Part shown: positions 61,341-64,000 of the stretch, piece by piece
Position numbering within the stretch: the stretch's first letter is position 1
Layout: every line of letters begins with the position of its first letter
NCBI GenBank assembly: GCA_050084985.1
Contig: JBITNC010000001.1
Location: 41,416,001 to 41,480,000, forward strand
DNA from: Nageia nagi
Taxonomy: Eukaryota; Plantae; Pinophyta
Reading direction: 5' to 3'
Length of the DNA stretch: 64,000 nucleotides
Program-made: the position numbers and the translations under genes
Notes under the pieces: generated by a model
The model's input: the letters and a program-made list of their open reading frames with translations, nothing else
Databases searched by the model: none
Told to the model about the DNA's origin: nothing

Positions 61341-63371
61341 TTTTGTATCTCTTACTTGTTTTTAGCTTAAGTAGGGACCATCTTGGGCCCTTGATTGCTA
61401 CTACACCCCTCTTGTACACTCTAGTCCCATTGACCTCTTTTGGTCACCCATGGACATTCATATATTTTTTTTCTTTCTTGCTTGCTTGATTCCTCAAGTA
61501 CAAGTCCAATGGGAAGGCTACTACCAAAACATGGGAGTCTCTCCAAGATTTTCATCAACAGTTTCTTGAAATCAAGTTTTGAGGACAAAGCTTGTTGAAA
61601 GGAGAATGACATGTTATGTACCCACTTAATATAAATTCGTAAGGGAATATATGGGTGACCACATGTCAATTGCTATTGTAGGGGGATACATATCACTAAT
61701 AAGTGTAAGGGAATATAGGTAAAGGAATAATGCATATAATATGCAAAGGAATATTAAAAAAATGTAGAAAATAGCATGAAGAGGAATATGATAACATGGA
61801 TATTTCTCTTATAAAGGCCACAAGAGCAAGCCATGAGTAACATCAATTTTTTTTTTTTTGAGTTCACTCATTTTAAAAGGTTGCCTGCTCGAGGAGACCT
61901 ACCAAATACAAAGTGAAGTGCTATTTTCCCACAATGTTATTTTGCATTTTAATGTCTTCTTTTTTGTATTTGCAAATTGTGATATATTGCATAACTATTC
62001 TCTTTTTATTAACAATCTTCATCTTCTGTGGAAAGTTAATCTTCTCAGTCAAATACCATGTATCCTTTAGCAAATGTATACCTATAGCTTCCCATGGATC
62101 AGGATCCATCCAAATCCCAAGTACAACAAAATGAAGATCTTTAAAGGTTGTCTATTATTTTTTACTAGGGTCATCACAATTTGGGAATCTGAACGTGGTT
62201 TGAAGTGAGTTTGACTTATTGGATATGGGTCTTTGTGTGAGGTTTGAGAATATCATGGCTAGAATCATACATTAAAGGCTTTAAATGAAACTTGATGGCT
62301 ATCCACCAGTTAAGAGACACATAATCTTTGTCCTTCCATTGTGGGGGAAGTCATGTTGATGATGGGTCATCCAGCATGCCTTTGCATGGACCTATAGAAC
62401 ATGGTTAGGAGAGGAGGTATAGCAACGTTATGTGGATGTTGATAACCATCTGAAGCATCTTGTTGATGATCAGTAGGACCATAGAGTCCACACCCAAGTT
62501 GACCCTTCCAAGTTTTTCAAGCTCAACTCCACAAGTTTTTCTAGGCTTGCTGAGTTTTTTATTATTTGTGTGTTAAAAGAAAAGACTCCTTGACATCGTA
62601 AAAAAAATGTTCAGCACACCCATGTAAATCCAAACTATGTGCCAACTGCCAATAGATGCAATATTGTATTCCCAAGCCTCTAGATCTCAACAAAATAAGA
62701 TTTATTAAATTAATGGTCACTGCTGGCCAAAAAAGTTCAATGAGACTGTAAGGTAGGACACTACAAAAGTATTTGGAGTGCCTAACGCAGCACCAATTAG
62801 GAACAGAGAAAAAGAGAGCAGGTAAAACAGTAAGTCAGAAAGAAAGTAACCCTTTACCCTCATTCAAACTGAGGGAGGATTCTTGGGGGAATTTTAAGCT
62901 TAGTAGAATGGAGGAGTGGGGCTGTCCAACTAGATTCCTCGTGGTTTGAAGTTTTCTCTAGCAAATTTTTCTTGTAAAAATAAAATGATGGCCATGAAAA
63001 ACTTGAAACTTGCCTGAAATACAATGGTTTGGTGGGATAGAGCACCATGTTTATGTTTTGGCGAGGATGAATAGACAAAAAATAGCATCTGCTCAATCTA
63101 GCATTTGGTCGTTCAATCTTCAAAGCAATGAAGGCCTATCCATATCCATCTAGCCCCTGCAACGATGGTCACCCTTGCTTTAGTATGACATATCTGACAA
63201 CATTTAAAGAAGTATGGCTGCCAACTCCTCCACAATCTAAATTTTTTTACGTATTTTAAATGTTTTTAAAAAGCTAAATGTTTTATTTAAAGTATTTAAA
63301 GGTTGTAAATATTTTAAAATATATAGCATTTAAATATTTTAAATATTCTTTCTTTCCTTTAATTTTTGCCT

Positions 63372-63440
63372 ATCCATGGAAGATGAATTGGTAAATTGGG
63401 TAATTTCCATTGTGGAGGCCCAAGTTCGATTCCCATAAGT
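63372..63440 (+). other. tRNA-derived SINE-like head (Pol III A/B boxes) in AT-rich repeat
   Basis: TGGAAGATGAATTGG (A-box-like) and GTTCGATTCC (B box, 63424). No intact cloverleaf. Confidence 0.35.
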
Positions 63441-64000
63441 ACGATTCTCCAAAATTTAAATAAGAGATTTGCTAACAAACAAATATTTTATATATTAATA
63501 TTTGAAACCTTTGCATTAAAATATTTAGAACATTTGATAAATTTTAAAATACTTAAAACAAGCATTTAATTTTTTATCATAAATTGAGAAAATAAAACAA
63601 TTATTACACTAAAGTTTTGAAAGAAATTTATTAGAGAAATAATAATAAAAATTTAGAATTAATAAACTAATTACATAATTTAAAGTTCATTATATTAATC
63701 CCTAGCTACTACTCCCACGAGTAACAAAATTATATTATGAAAAAAAATTCAATGAAAAATTACATTTTCTTTTAAATTTTTGGCAAGACTCCTTTTTTTT
63801 GCCTAGGCTAGTCTGTGCCAAGTCCAAGTTTCTCTACTATGAGCAGAACCATCTTTCTTCCAAATTAGTCAACCTTCTATTCATCTTGTGGATTTACTAA
63901 TCATCCATTGTACTTCTTTCTTTTGCTATCCAAGTGTTATCCCTATAGGGTTCCTATACAAGTCATTCTTCAGAGTTCTATTTCATTGCAATTCTCTAGT

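Larger units (their letters stand above)
54100..62178 (+). mobile_element. Gypsy-4: degenerate Reina-like chromovirus, 5' LTR not seen; start approximate
   Basis: Gag/protease (NSRITHNFMD), RT (YKYPYNQKNKI), RNaseH, integrase (HHPQKNGQIEVLNKCL), chromodomain remnant VQVQWE at about 61500, PPT, and 3' LTR 61612..62178 related to the gypsy-3 LTRs. Confidence 0.8.

Noticed and set aside
62860-63123. 87-aa ORF as a gene or LINE fragment
   Set aside because: No recognisable motif, splice context or termini.
63372-63440. Functional tRNA gene
   Set aside because: A B box is present but no acceptor or anticodon stems can be formed. Kept only as a low-confidence SINE-like head.
53185-64000. Upstream SQD2 exons (for example VVTTHEGVP...GS)
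   Set aside because: Searched by eye on the minus strand and not found. They are presumed to lie beyond the window, so the gene is not called truncated.

Overview
AT-rich plant nuclear DNA, most likely a large gymnosperm (conifer-like) genome; the taxon is inferred from the element families and giant introns. One host gene is visible: the 3' eight exons of a sulfoquinovosyltransferase SQD2-like gene on the minus strand (53184->30018). All its splice sites are GT-AG and phase-consistent. It has a 21,148-bp intron, and its 5' exons lie beyond the window. Almost everything else is nested, degenerate transposons: two CRM-like and two Reina-like Ty3/gypsy elements, two related Ty1/copia pieces, solo LTRs (one about 7.7 kb), two L1-type LINEs, a 16.3-kb hAT DNA transposon and hAT-type MITEs. 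The most interesting signal is that three unrelated transposon classes (the hAT, both LINEs and the giant LTR) each carry an extra, non-core ORF. By eye their N-terminal regions follow a plant-mobile-domain (PMD)/Transposase_32/DUF1985-like pattern. In the hAT and the giant LTR the ORF lies directly downstream of a tandem-repeat array, which recalls the VANDAL/VANC anti-silencing architecture. Domain calls come from manual translation and motif recognition only; no database searches were run.
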